A stretch of DNA of 64,000 nt, from assembly GCA_030390025.1 (NCBI GenBank), contig JASTWF010000369.1, forward strand, positions 124,001 through 188,000, given 5' to 3'. Positions 38,430 to 51,068 of the stretch are shown piece after piece. Numbering within the stretch: position 1 is the first letter of the stretch; each line of letters opens with the position of its first letter. A program made the translations under genes and the position numbers. The notes under the pieces are model-generated. The model made no database searches, had not been told where the DNA came from, and saw only the letters and a list, made by a program, of their open reading frames with translations. This DNA comes from Squalus acanthias (taxonomy: Eukaryota).

Positions 38430-40320
38430 ATGCCTCTTGACGATATTGCCCAGAAGCTCTGTGTGTTTCCGGCACATGGAATCGAAAACGCCAGGGAACA
38501 GCAAAGAAGACTAAAGAACCATCACCGTCGCCTGATCAGGAGAAACTACTACCCACCCCAGAGAGTGTACAGGGAGAGGCTGACCATTGAGATGCTGTCA
38601 GATGAGTTGTGTGTGAGGAGGTTGCGCTTTTAGTAAAGAGGCAATCGGTCGACTAGATGGCATGTTAAGGGACGACCTTCAAACACGCTGGAAGACCAGC
38701 ACTGCCTTGTCAGTGTCCATGAAGGTAACCACAGCGCTGAACTTCTTTGCATGCGGGTCATTTCAGTCAGGCACCAATGACATTTCAAACATCTCCCAGA
38801 GTGCTGCCAGGGCCTGCATTCACCAGGTCACAGATACCATTTTCCGTAGTGCATCAGATTTCATAGACTTCGACTTGTCCACTCGCCATCAAAAGGAGTG
38901 GCCACTTGCATTTTATAGGATTGCTGGATTCCCCAAAGTGATTGGCGCCGTCGATAGAACCTATATTGCATTGAATGCACAAATTGATACACCTGTGACA
39001 TACATCAAGAGGAAAGGGTTTCATTCATTAAATGTTATAAAAGTCTGTGATGCGCAACTGTGGATCCTAAAGGTGAATGCAGATCACCGGGCAAGAGCTC
39101 ATGACTCCTTCGTCCTCCGTCACCCTTACTTATATGGTGCCCTCAACACATTGGCCCAGAAATTAAACATCGATGGTTCCCGCGGGGGTAAGGATGCCCC
39201 GCGATATCGCACTCCGCGCCTACCTTTTTGTTTGGGGCCCACACGAACTTTAGTTTCAGAGCCTCTCCCAGTTGCAACTGTGCAGTGCTTGCGTATCCCA
39301 GAGGCGCAATTAGTTCGTGCGAGCTCTGGGATCACGTGATTTAGTTAGAGCCAATGGCAGCACACCATCTTTCATTCATAGTTTTGACAGCAAGGGCTGT
39401 CAAAGCTATGAATACTACAAGCCCCCAAAAGAACAGCTAAACCTCAATTAAATTTAAAAAAGCCATCACAATAATAAAATAAGTATAGTTAAATAAATTA
39501 ACCACTTTAAACAAATAATTACATTTTTGAAAAAATTTAAAATCTTTTTAAAAGTTATAAAAATAAACTTACCTTTCTTTAAAGTCTCTAAAAAAGATAA
39601 ACCTGTTGAAAAAAATTTAAAATAACACTTAACTAACTACTTACCTTGTTAAAAGGGGGTCCTATGCCTGCTTTCTTTATGTGTAAAATCTTCACCACTT
39701 ACCTGCGCGTTCAAACCTGAACAAAAAACTAAGTGCACTGCGTGCGCACAACCTGTAGCGCACACACGGTTCACTTAGGAACCGCCCCCTTTGCAATTCA
39801 CGAAGTGACGGTTTCCCGCGCATGAGCAATGCATGCAGGAAACTGGCAATTCGGGACCTAATACGCGAGAGCACACAGTGCGTACTCTCGCGTATTAGGT
39901 TTAATTTTCGGGCCAATGCCTCCAGGGTCCACATGGATATTGGGCGACAAGGGCTTCCCGCTAATACCGTGGCTGGTGAAACCACCCCACAGGACCAATA
40001 AAGAGGTTCAGGAGAGATACAACCAGGCACATGTGTCCACACGGCAAGTGGTGGAAAGGACAATCGGGGTTCTGAAATCACACTTCCGGGGCCTGGACAG
40101 GTCAGGTGGGAATTTGCAGTACTCTCCTCTGAAAGTGTCAAGGATTGTGGTGGCCTGTTGCGCTTTGCAGAACTTTGCCCTGCGGGTAGGACCTCTCCTT
40201 AACCCTGCAGAGGAACTCTCTGCTGAAATGGAGGACATGGACGATGCAATGTGCCTGTGGCCAGGCCTGATGGGAATTAGCAAAGTGCTGCCGAAAGCAA
40301 GGCTGCCAGGGAACAGTTAG
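38430..40320 (+). pseudogene. HARBI1-type DDE transposase, one frameshift near 38630 plus a MITE insertion
   Basis: RLRF, TALNFFACGSFQ, GFPKVIGAVD, RKGFHSLNV, AHDS, WILGDKGFP, RYNQAH, VERTIGVLKSHFRGLD, ACCALQN. Confidence 0.88.
39153..39914. mobile_element. 762-bp Harbinger-type MITE inside the transposase
   Basis: TIRs GGCCCAGAAATTAAAC / GTTTAATTTTCGGGCC (14/16). Flanks ATT/AAT fit a 3-bp target site duplication with one mismatch. Confidence 0.85.
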
Positions 40321-41156
40321 TAGCCAACACGTTCACGATGTGATGATAGTGTCGTCTTGTACCTCCCACTTCCCCAGCAAGGCACAGAAAAGAACACACA
40401 CAATTTAAAGTGAAACAGTGCACTTTTATTGCAACTTCAACGCCTTTTGACGTGCTGTTTTGTTGTTCTTATTCTTTAAATACATATTGCTACCTCGCTA
40501 TTTTCTACCTTGTACACATTTGCAAAGATAAATTGTTTGATATAAAAATCTAAACAGTTTAAAGTGTTCTTTTGGGTTTTTTATTGCAATAAAGACATTC
40601 ACGATGTAAACTAAATATTTTCTGTTTTTTAAAAAGTTAAAAACATTTTAAGGTGATTAGAGGCTACACATATGAAACGAAATGATTAAATACACTATCA
40701 TTCACAAATATAAATTTTAAGAAATTATACAACGCCAACATCTAAATAATAGCAAACATTTAAGAATTGACAGATATACACTCTCGCATCTGTGCCTAAG
40801 GTTACCGTTTTACTCTAAATTGAAAACAGAAATTAAAATGAAGCTTCAGTTTTTCCTGCAGCGACCACCTACCCAGCCACCCACCTGCTTTGGAAACAGG
40901 ACCACATGCTGCTTTGGAGACAGGGTATTGTTCACTAATTGAAATTTCACACCTCAAATCTGTGGAGTACAGATAGGCTGTTTACAAGCACAATAGATGA
41001 ACCGAACCTGCTCAAAGCCATTGAATTTTACGACTAGCTCAGATGCCTGGACAATGACGTCACTTCACATCAGCTATGCAACTAACCATGTTTTAAAATA
41101 GTCAAGTTAAATTTTAACAAACTTTACAGTTGTAATTTCTAATAACTGTACAATCC

Positions 41157-41407
41157 TTAGCAGTTCGCATCCAATGATTACATTTTTGGCGGCATTGTTC
41201 TGCTGTCCATGGAATGGTGGAGTTCGCACTAACAGCCTGGGCAACTTCTGTCTAAGCTGTCATTTGTCATTTGCGCGGAGCTCTGGACTACTCGGTCCCA
41301 ATGTGCCGCAGGCTCTTCGCCTCAACCACATTGAGGAGTGCGCTGATGTCAGCATCAGTGAAATTCTGAGCTCTCTTCATCATCAAAGCTGTACTTGCTC
41401 CTTCCAT
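41157..41407 (-). pseudogene. Myb/SANT-like (NAIF1-like) exon of Harbinger 2, three in-frame stops
   Basis: Hand translation: MEGASTALMMKRAQNFTDADISALLNVVEAK..EVAQAVSANSTIPWTAEQCRQKCNHWMRTAK. Absent from the ORF track. Confidence 0.8.
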
Positions 41408-41927
41408 TTCACTTTGCTGTTAAAGTAAAGTTAATGAAAATTATTTCAAGGCTTTTAAAAGTCTTTAAATTGCTTTAAATCCATGTACAAGTCTTTAAAA
41501 GTTTGTAAAAGTTTACAAAAGTTTTTAAAAACTATAAATAACGAACTTACCATTGGATTAGCAGCTACTTTCAATGGTGAAGGCTCCGGAGAGGTAAAAA
41601 ATAGGGGGCGTGGCCTATCCAAATATAAATTTTGACAGGTCTTCTGGGCGGGTCTCCCCTCCGTACGAAGCCCGAGGCTCCACGCACGCTGCGCTCCTGG
41701 GCAGCGTGACGGCACACGCTGCCCTGGAGTCCTCAGGACCAAAGCGCAAATCTCCGTGCGCGCACAGACTGAAGATCGGTGCGGATCTTTTTTGCTGTTC
41801 GGAGGCTTCAGTCCGCGGGAAGCCTCCAATCGGAATTTCAGGCCCAATATTGTTACACCGACAGCAGGCTCAGTCATGCAGTCATATACTGCTAAAGGTG
41901 AATTTTAACTGAATTTAAGCGATTTAC

Positions 41928-42000
41928 TCTGAACACCAACTTTTGGAAATATACGGTAGTATATGCGTTCTATCTGTATGATTATTACCGACTGTGCTAT
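41928..42000 (-). pseudogene. Orphan exon 1 of a GPR139-like paralog
   Basis: IAQSVIIIQIERIYYRIFPKVGVQ followed by GTAAAT. Homologous to exon 49592-49661, with the start codon changed to ATA. Confidence 0.75.
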
Positions 42001-43729
42001 TTACGGAGCGAAGCGACGCTGTCTGTCAGTGTTATGGACACACAGATATTCTGCTTTCAAAATGAGGTCCTATTCAGCATGGGAAAAAGATCAATTGATA
42101 AAATAGCATTGCACATTCAGCATCAGTTAAAGTGATTTGAACAAAAAGATTAAGTATTCGCTCCTACTGATCAGGGACCAAGGCATTTCACATTTAAAAC
42201 AATCGAAAATATGACTTTGATAATGTTGTAATATAAAATATTTTACAGTAAAGCTACAGACTCCTGAAGCTGAGGTCATTTCATTATAGGTGCGCATTAG
42301 CGGCAAATTAGCACCATATGCATTTTTGGTGCATCATAATTTTTCTTTTGTATTTATATTCTATATAATATCAATATAAAGAGGCTCCGAAGTGCACGTT
42401 TGATGGAAGAGCGTTCACAGATACACGCAGAAAGTGACATAGTTAGTTGTATACAGCAAACCTGCCCCGCGGATATGCTGGGATGTTGGATTTCACCAAC
42501 AACAGGCGTTGGGCGAAGGGAAAAGAGACAGGGTCTGGTCTGATATGTACCGGGTGCAGGAAAGATAAATGTGGATAACCATCTTAGTAGCCGTTTGGAA
42601 GGGCTATGGGAAATTTATGGCCTTCAGATTCTAAGGCGTTGGAGGCGAAAAGGAAGACTTCACGTTGACGGTGTAGTCGGAATTTGGAGCGGGATCCGGT
42701 TTCGCCCCTCGGGTCAATGGCAAGTAGCCCTGCCTAAAACTGAGTGACTTTAGAAATATGGCACTTTCCCCTAAAGCCCGTCACCTTTTTGGATATTTCA
42801 CCATTTGGTCAACGATGAATATTGGTGTGATATACATTAAAATGATGATGTGCATTCAGATTGTTCCCCAAAGGGATTAAGATTCTCACAGCAGCAGGTG
42901 GGAGCGGTTGGGGAGGCGGTGTGGTGGGAAGAGCGGGCAGTTTTGTATATGAAATTTAGATTGTCCACTTGATTCTGCTTGAATGCTATTTTCATTAACT
43001 TTCCAAAATTTCTATCCAAACTTTTTCCCGAAAGTTACATCCCCAGTTGGAACCGAGGTCGCTGATCCCAGTCAGGGCAGCGATTTCAGCCAATACAATC
43101 CGTCTCAGATCCCTTCGATTATTTTGGGAAATCTTCTCCGCTACCCTCTCCGAATTGATATTAGCGTCCCTCATAAAGTGTGCATGTTTGGAAAGTTCGA
43201 TGATGTTTCTTTTCCGTGATTCTGTAACAAAATGAGACTTTTTTGTGTTTTAATTTGCATGATTTGAAATAGGAAGGGTAATATGGCTTATACATAGATT
43301 GAGCAAGCTGCATTATTATCAGAATTCCATTAATGACATGACAGGGATGACGTTAACTGAGCGGATCTGTCAATCTGAGAAAAAAGTAACAGCGTATCTG
43401 ATGTTTTTTTTTGCTTTGTTGGTGCCTTTGTTTGGAAATAAATTTAAGGGGGAAATTATGTTTAGTGACGAGAACAGCCTAGTTGTGAAGCGAATGCATA
43501 TTGACTGAGAACGAATGTAATTGGCGGTTTTAAGCTCTGTGTATCACGCCAGGCAACTTTTAGTGGAAGGAGCAAGTATATTTAACATTGCCTCTATAGT
43601 TAGGGGTCCGTTGAGCACCCATTTTGTTGACATCAAGGTAATTTCTGACGCCGGATTAATTACCACTGTAACTGCACGTCTCACTTTTCCTTGTCTGCGT
43701 ACTGACTGGAGATATGACCTCTGGGTTTA

Positions 43730-44710
43730 CATAGAATTGCATAGAATAAACAACACAGGAATAGGCTACTCGGTCCGACCAGTCCATGTCGGCGTTAATG
43801 CTCCACTCGAGCCTACTCTCATTCTGCCTCATCTATATGCATCAGCATAAGCCCTCTATAGCCTTCTCCCTCATATGCTTAGCTAGCTTTCCCTGAAATG
43901 CATTTATACTAAACTCATCCATTACTCCCTGTAATAGCGAGTTCCTCATTCTCACAATTTTCTGGCTAAATAAGTTTCTTCTGAATTCCTTAGTTTATTT
44001 CTTGTTGACGGCCTCTAGTTTTCCCCACAAGTGGTCACTCTCCATGTCTACTGTATTAAACATTTCATAATTTCAAAGACCTCTATTATGTAACTCCTCA
44101 TGCTTCTCGTTTCAAGAGAAAGGAGACTCAGCCTGTTCACCCTTTACTGATCTGTATATCCTCGCGGTTCTGTTCTCATCATTATAATTTTTTGCACTCT
44201 TTCCAGTGTCTCTAAATCCTTTTTTATAATTGACGACCAAAACTGTGCACAGCACTCCAGGTGTGGTCTAATCATGATTCGATACAAGTTGAGCGTAACT
44301 TCTCCTGTTTCCCAATTCTATCCCCCGAGAAATAAACCCTAGTGCTTCGTTTATTTTTGTTATGGCCTTATTGACCTGCGTCGCAACTCTAAATGCATTT
44401 TGCATTTGTACTCTCTGATCCCTTTGCTCCTCTACCCCAATTTAGATTCTTATTTTCCTATTATTATGTAGCTGCTAATTATTCTTACCAAAATGTAATA
44501 CCTCACACTTACCTACGTTAAAAGTAATTTAACAATAGAATGGCAATTCTGCAAGTTGGTAAATGTCTTCTTGTATTTTGTTGCAGACCCCATAGTATTG
44601 GTTAGCTCCTCCCATCCCACCCCCACCCCCCAATTTCGTGCCCTCCACAAATTTAGAAATTGTGGTTATGATTCCAATGTCCAAATTGTTAATATAAATT
44701 GTGAACACAA
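43730..44710 (-). mobile_element. Old CR1-type 3' fragment
   Basis: Degraded RT C-terminus (RPHLECCAQFWSS). Inverted homolog of 35280-36340. Confidence 0.7.
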
Positions 44711-45165
44711 GTAGTAAATTCGCAACTTGGGAATGAAAGGGTAGGTGCAGCAGGACATATTCACTGTAAGATCCAAAGGACAGTGGGATAATTTAAAAAC
44801 TTAATCTGTTGATGAGAATAGCTGTCCGCTACAGCATGTGTTACTGACGGGGGTAGGTGTTGTGGGATATGTTAAGGAAACCAGTTTAGATCAGTGAAAA
44901 CAACAGATATGTTTGTCTAATTGATTTTATTTCGGATCTGAAAAAATGTGTGTTTTTTGCGATCCGATATCGCCTGTCTTACATTACAAGCAAACATTAA
45001 TAATACCCCAAGAACCTTTCATCCACTACAATATGACATCGAATAAGCGGAACAGATGGCCGCTTCCATTTTCTTTAGAGATTCATGTTTCTAGATGTCG
45101 TTTGAAAAATTTCTGCTTGCTTCCGATGCATGGAATCGCATTTTAGTTCTGTTAAGCCGTTTAAC

Positions 45166-46070
45166 TTATTTGATTAAATTAGTAATGAAAGCCAATGGAC
45201 GCTTAATTAAACTATTTATTTCATCTCTGAATTTGCTCTGGGACACTGCATAAATAAACGTGTTTGTGCAGTAACTCAGAGATCTAAGCATATACCCGGC
45301 TTGTTCTGCAATGGTGAAAGAGTCGTTGTAATTTGCTTCTAAAAATTGTGTATCTGTAAATTGCACACATATGAAAACTATGAAATTTACCATCCATAAT
45401 AGTATAAAACTGCCAGATATAGCGAGCAGTAACATGATGGATTTCCTTCGGTTCTCCATCTCTGGATCAGTGTGATTCTGAACCTTGCTGTTGCCTCGGA
45501 GACCGCTCCTCACTCTATTGGCCAGTACAATGTGCCTGATGGTCAGGGCATTGAGCAGCACGATCAACACAAATGGTGCAAATGGGGTTAAAATGGTTTC
45601 CAACCAGAAAAATGCTACCCATATGGCTGAGGTGTAGAAGCTTGATTTTACATAGCAGGACCATGGTACATTGTCAACTATTTTCCGAGGTTCAAATATA
45701 AAGTAGACTGGAACGTTTTCTAAAATGCTTAAGGAACACACCACTGCTATTACCACAGCCGCAGTTTTTTCGGTGCAATATTTTGTTCGTAACGTTTGGT
45801 AACAAATAGCGACAAATCGATCAAAGGTGAAAGCAACAGTTAGCCAGACAGAGCAATCAATGGAAAAATAAAGCAGGGCGTGATTGAGACTACAAATCTG
45901 CGTATAGTTCAGGAATGAATATGGGAAATAAGCGTCATTAATCTCATACAGAATTACATCAAATATCAGGACCATTAGATCAGCCGCTGCCATTGTCACC
46001 AGGTATCGGGTGATGCATTTGGAGAGACCGCACTTTCCACGGGAGAGAATGACGATTGTCACCAAATTAG
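45166..46070 (-). CDS. GPR139/GPR142-like class A GPCR, exon 2
   Basis: Hydrophobic TM segments, MAAADL (TM2), FTFDRFVAIC (DRY-like), DPEMENRRKS, TM7 CTNTFIY. Acceptor TTTTTTGCAG ends at 46071. No stops. Confidence 0.92.
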
Positions 46071-47089
46071 CTGCAAAAAAGACGGAGTTAAATGACTACC
46101 TCTTCTTACTCGGAGAGGATGATCAGTGGACATTTCTTTGTATGAAATTCATGAAATGTTTTCTTATCACTCAAAACTCTCTCTCTCTCTTTATTTCTCC
46201 CAATCTATCAGATGAGCCTAGTAATTCTCATATGATGCATTTCTTCATGTACACACGTCGCTAACTTATTCTGAATTACTTCAAAAGAATGAATGACATG
46301 GTTGGATTTTCAACTGTTCAACGACCAAAAATGGGCTTTTCCAACTGGCGTCCACAATTGAATCCGCCCGATTTTCATTTCCATTCACTTCAACAGAAAG
46401 GAATTCCGGCTAGGTGCAAAAAATCCAAAAGGGCGGCTGATTTGCTTATCCCTGTTAATCCATACACACCGTGGGCTAGCTTACCATCTGTCTTTCCTGA
46501 TGTCAACCGGTGTTGCGGATCAACTAACAGATAATAGCGGGCAGGGAAACCGCAACACCAGACTTAAGCAAAACGTTCGAATGAAAATGTACCCAGTATC
46601 TCCTCATTTCAAATATCCTGATTTATGATGCATTGTGGGATTCAGTGTGATAACACGATTCTGATTGCAATATTCTATCGTTTGTATCTTCAAGAAGCAG
46701 GTGAAAATTCTGATCTGGTGTCCTTCCCTTGTTTTTCCTCAGCAATTGGCCAGCAAAGAAAGATTTCTCAGTGCAAAATTGTTCCATGTGCACGATATAA
46801 TGAAAAACATTTCATTATGAATTGTGTCTCAACTATGTACCGCCCGAATCTAGTACAGCCTAGTAACCATTTAAATGACCAGCCATACGTGGGGTCTGAG
46901 CACGTGCAGAGCGAATTTTAGGATATATTAATTATTATTAAAAATGTGGACGCTGGTTTGACTCAGATGCAAACATTTAACGCGCATTTAAAATTTAGCT
47001 TCTTAATAATGTGCAAAAGCTATTAATATCAAGTAGGGCTCTGGAAAGAATGACTGTGCATTGCAAACAGGACCAGGATTGTTGTGGGT

Positions 47090-47200
47090 GGTAATGCGCG
47101 GGCCGCCCGTTATCTGCCCGCTCGATGTCCAGTTTCTTAGACCAATGGAGCTGAATATCGGGAGGGGCGGATAACAGGCAGCCCGGGCCATTTCAACCCA
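47090..47200. repeat. Short hairpin/MITE-like element in the GPCR intron
   Basis: GGGCCGCCCGTTATCTGCCC is inverted-repeated as GGGCGGATAACAGGCAGCCC. Similar CpG-rich MITE-like debris at about 46330-46560, 47790-48260 and 48620-49270. Confidence 0.55.
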
Positions 47201-49591
47201 GATAACTGCTGCGACATGATAAACTCTCCTTACATAATTTCTCAACAATTATCCTAATTGTATTTGAAGTTGTATATTTGAATACAAGTGTAATTATCGT
47301 CAAAAATCAAAGCACTGTGGATGCCGGAAATCTGAAATAAAAGAAGAACATGCGTCTGTGGAATGAAACAGAGTTAACGTTTCAGGTCGATCACCTTCCG
47401 ACAAAATAATTATTGTACCCCATTCGACGACATAGAACGGTTCTTTGGCGGCCAATCTGAGAGGAATAATGTAAAAAGAAATAGCTCTTGTCTCAGATCC
47501 AAATCTCTGTCAAGGGTGGAAACGTAAGCTTTCGGTACTTCAGTTGTTTAAACATAGCATTGGACATCCCTGTTACTCTACGGACATCCTATATAATTAA
47601 CATATCCCAATTTTTCTATCGCCCATCTGTGCTTGATGTGTGATGCGGTATTATTCTTTCCTCCAGTTTTTGTCGATCAATAAACGTTTTTGAAAAAAAC
47701 TACAAAAAGATAAATTAAAGTCTATTATGGATTTTCATTATTTATATCTCAGTTGATCGAAACGAACGATAGGACCAGCAAATAAGGTAATTTTCATCTT
47801 TTCCACATGGATGATAATGTGCAGAACGGGCGACCTGCCCATTGCAAACCCCGCCCGACCTTCATCCCATTGTTGATGGTGGAAATGATCCCTGCATCAG
47901 GGGTTAGTGTCTGCAGCAACGCTATTGAATACGAAAATTGGGGAGGGGTTTTCCGATCTCCTGTGGTACTTCAACCCTTTACATCGTGTCTCCCGGATTA
48001 CAAAGATCTTTTATCGAAGCTGTGGTGGGATTTCGGGAGCAGAGCAGCGGAAATTCTATTGCAGTTACTCTACTTCTACCGTGCATCGTAAATTGGGATA
48101 GATTGCTGTCTTTATGTGCAGAAAGGAAAATCTGGCAGTTATGCTCGCAGGTGTTAACAGAACCAGCCCGATTTTCTTCCATTGATAGTAATGGAGGACA
48201 ATCCGCTGTTTTTAGTGAAGCCCGTGCTCCGCGGAGGATTTGGCATTTTGTGATTGTCTCAGGCGATGCAGAACACCCCGGATATAAAGACTAAAATCAA
48301 TTCCATGGTTACTAGGGAAATCACCACTTGGATTTAGAATTACAACAGCGCAGCAGGAGCTGGACATGCTTCAGTAACACTAGTCTCATTTTGCTTTGCG
48401 GCCTCAGAACATTAACTGACTACAGCTTAAAGCAACATAATATATCGCACAGTTTCAGAATCGAGCGCTTCAGGTTGCTGTATAAGCTCTATTACCAAGT
48501 AGTAACAAGCGAACTGGCACCAACACATACGTCCACGGATTGCCATAGTCAGCAGCAGTGTTAAAACTCATTGCTGCTGTCGTAACGCAGAATTTTAGTG
48601 AATATGGATGTGGCATTTGTCTTGGGCAGTGGCGTAAAATTGGCGATAGCGAATTTGCGGCCCGTTTTGCACAAATTACATTTCCATTGACTTCCTCCGC
48701 ACCGCTCTACGCTCCACCATGGTGACTCAAAATGGCCCGGAAAATTCGAGCTACACAGAAAATGGGTTCGGGACATAAGACATGCCAGATTTAGCGGTGA
48801 AATTTTTCTTCGCCAGTAGCGTGAAATGAGCTCATAGCGCACAGGCAGTCTGCTTTACAATGCGCCCCATTTCCCTTTCCATTAACCTCATTGAAAACAA
48901 AGATCAGACTGGGCGTCAGATGCACTGCCCATTCCCTCCGAGCCCGTCTCGCGCTGCTGAGGAAGACCAATTTCAACGCCTGAGGCACGACTTTCAGACT
49001 TGTTTTCACGCTGCTGGTCAGCTGCATGCGCCAGAAGGCGCCCGGAGCAGCTCCCGGTTGGGAAGCGCGGGGAATCAGTCAGCGCCGATGCTGATCTGGC
49101 AGCCGGTTAGGTCTGCGGGTGGGATGCAATTCCAGGGAGGCCACAATACGCCAACATTGCGCCAGAAATTTTTGTGGGCGCGGGGCGATCTTTTCTATTT
49201 CTCTTGGATTCCCAAATATATAACAAACATTTCCTTTTCTCTTTCTTGAGCAGGCTCCGGGAATCCCTTTAAGAATTATTGGTTTGGCTACTAAATCCGA
49301 TACTCATACTTAGATCAGACACAGAACTACAAGACTGTCTAACAGGGCCAAGGCATTACCACTAAATTGCTTAATTTTAATTGTCAGAATAAACTGTGCT
49401 TCCTCTCAGGTTGTTACATTAACAACATGACAGGAACTTGGATCATTTTGAGTTATTTCTTTGATGTCGATAATCAGTGTCTGCAAATAAAACACATCAA
49501 AACAACAGATAATATCTTTACAACGACAGCAGAAACAGTGACACAGTGAAACATTGTTAAAGATGAGCGTTAACTGATTTAAGCGGCTTAC

Positions 49592-49661
49592 CAGGAAGAC
49601 CAACTATTGCAAGAATAGGATAGTAAATGTTCTCTATCTGTATGATCACCGGCTGTCCCAT
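49592..49661 (-). CDS. GPR139/GPR142-like GPCR, exon 1
   Basis: MGQPVIIQIENIYYPILAIVGLP plus one G, then a GTAAGC donor. The phase-1 join to exon 2 gives ..VGLPANLVTIVIL.. and a 975-nt CDS (324 aa). Confidence 0.85.
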
Positions 49662-50960
49662 ATTCGGAGAGGACCAATCTTGACGGTTAGTGGTGTGGAC
49701 TCGCAGAACTTCTGCTTTCAAAATAAGCTCTTATTTATACTTGAGAGAAACCTCAAGTGAGCATGAGGATTACATAATGATTGGCATTAGTTACAGTCAT
49801 TTAAACAAACAGATTGAGGCGAGTCATATTCACTGCTACTGATCAGGGACATTTTGCAATTATATTGTCCGTTCAAAGAATAAGGATTCTAGAATATTAT
49901 TAACATCATAATTTCCCAAAAAAATTTCCACATCTCCAATCCTACAGTCATAGTAAAACTCTCCTGAATTCGAGGATATTCATTTACAGATTATTGCAAG
50001 GCAGTTAAGGCAATAAATATGCATACTTGTGATGGATTGCTGTCTCTAGATCTTAGTTACATAAATAAGTTTCCTTATCTGTTCTAATTGATGCGATTTA
50101 TAATTTATATTAAGGGGCCTCAATGCTACAGGTGAGATTGAAGAGCATTCAGATACACACAGAAAGTGATATAGTCAGTTGTATACAGCTGAGCAGCCCC
50201 ACAGATAAGCAGACATTTTAGATTTCTGGAGGTGTTAACAGACCTTGCGCGGAGATAAAAGAGGGATTAACTTTAGTTGGGCAATTTGTCGACTCGAGTG
50301 TCATTTCAATAAACCCTCTAAAACATTAGGCATATGTGATCATGATATTTCATTAAATTCAATGTTTCCCATTGTAGTGATGACTTTAACTGTTCAGACC
50401 ATCAGTCTGTGTAAAAATATAGATCATATAATCTTCAGGGGATTTTCTTGGTCTTTGTCTGTGCTGTTGTTTCGAATTTAATTAAGCAGAAAAGTAATCA
50501 TTTGTTTGTTGAACAGACAGCCTGGTTGGAATGTTAAAGCACATGGATTGACAATCGGTGGATTCAACGTCTCCGATTGGGGAACAATTAAAACATCTTT
50601 TATTGGAAGGAGCCAATATATAGACATTAAAACAATATCTCCTAAACTATGATGTCTGTCGACATTTCACTTTGTTGAATCCAAGGGATTCACTGTTCCT
50701 TGAAGATTTCAATGACACACATCACGTCTCAGGTTTTTCATGAATCTGGTTCTGACTGGGGATCTGAAATGCCGGACACATATAACAGAGCAAGTACTGG
50801 TTGGGCTGAGCAGAAGGAAAATGCCATCTCTTATAGGAAGTATTTTAATTCTAGGGCGGGAGAGTGAGGGCGCGCGTGTTTGGGAGAAGCAGTGGGCAAA
50901 CTCCGCCGATTTTAACGGCCGGCAACGATTAGCCTTCCGCCTGCTGAATTCCCAGCCGGA

Positions 50961-51058
50961 AAGAACATAAGAAATAAGAGCAGGCGCAGTCAATTGAGCC
51001 CATCATTAAGATAATTGCTGATCTTCTACCTCAACTCCACTTTCCTGCACCATCTCCT
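50961..51058 (-). mobile_element. CR1 3' tail fragment
   Basis: AAGAACATAAGAAATAAGAGCAGG..CCTCAACTCCACTTTCC matches the other CR1 tails. Confidence 0.75.
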
Positions 51059-51068
51059 GGAAATCTGT

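Larger units (their letters stand above)
37598..41845. mobile_element. PIF/Harbinger DNA transposon 2 (transposase on +, Myb/SANT on -, convergent)
   Basis: Right end CGGAATTTCAGGCCC. Tentative left end GGCCCGTATTTTGCG (weak match). CpG-rich subterminal regions. Confidence 0.65.

Noticed and set aside
38430..40320. Domesticated host HARBI1 gene
   Set aside because: Frameshifted, interrupted by a MITE and paired with a decayed Myb gene, which fits a transposon.
45166..49661. Assigning the symbol GPR139
   Set aside because: Only family-level resemblance. Local paralog remnants indicate an expanded subfamily, and orthology is not shown.
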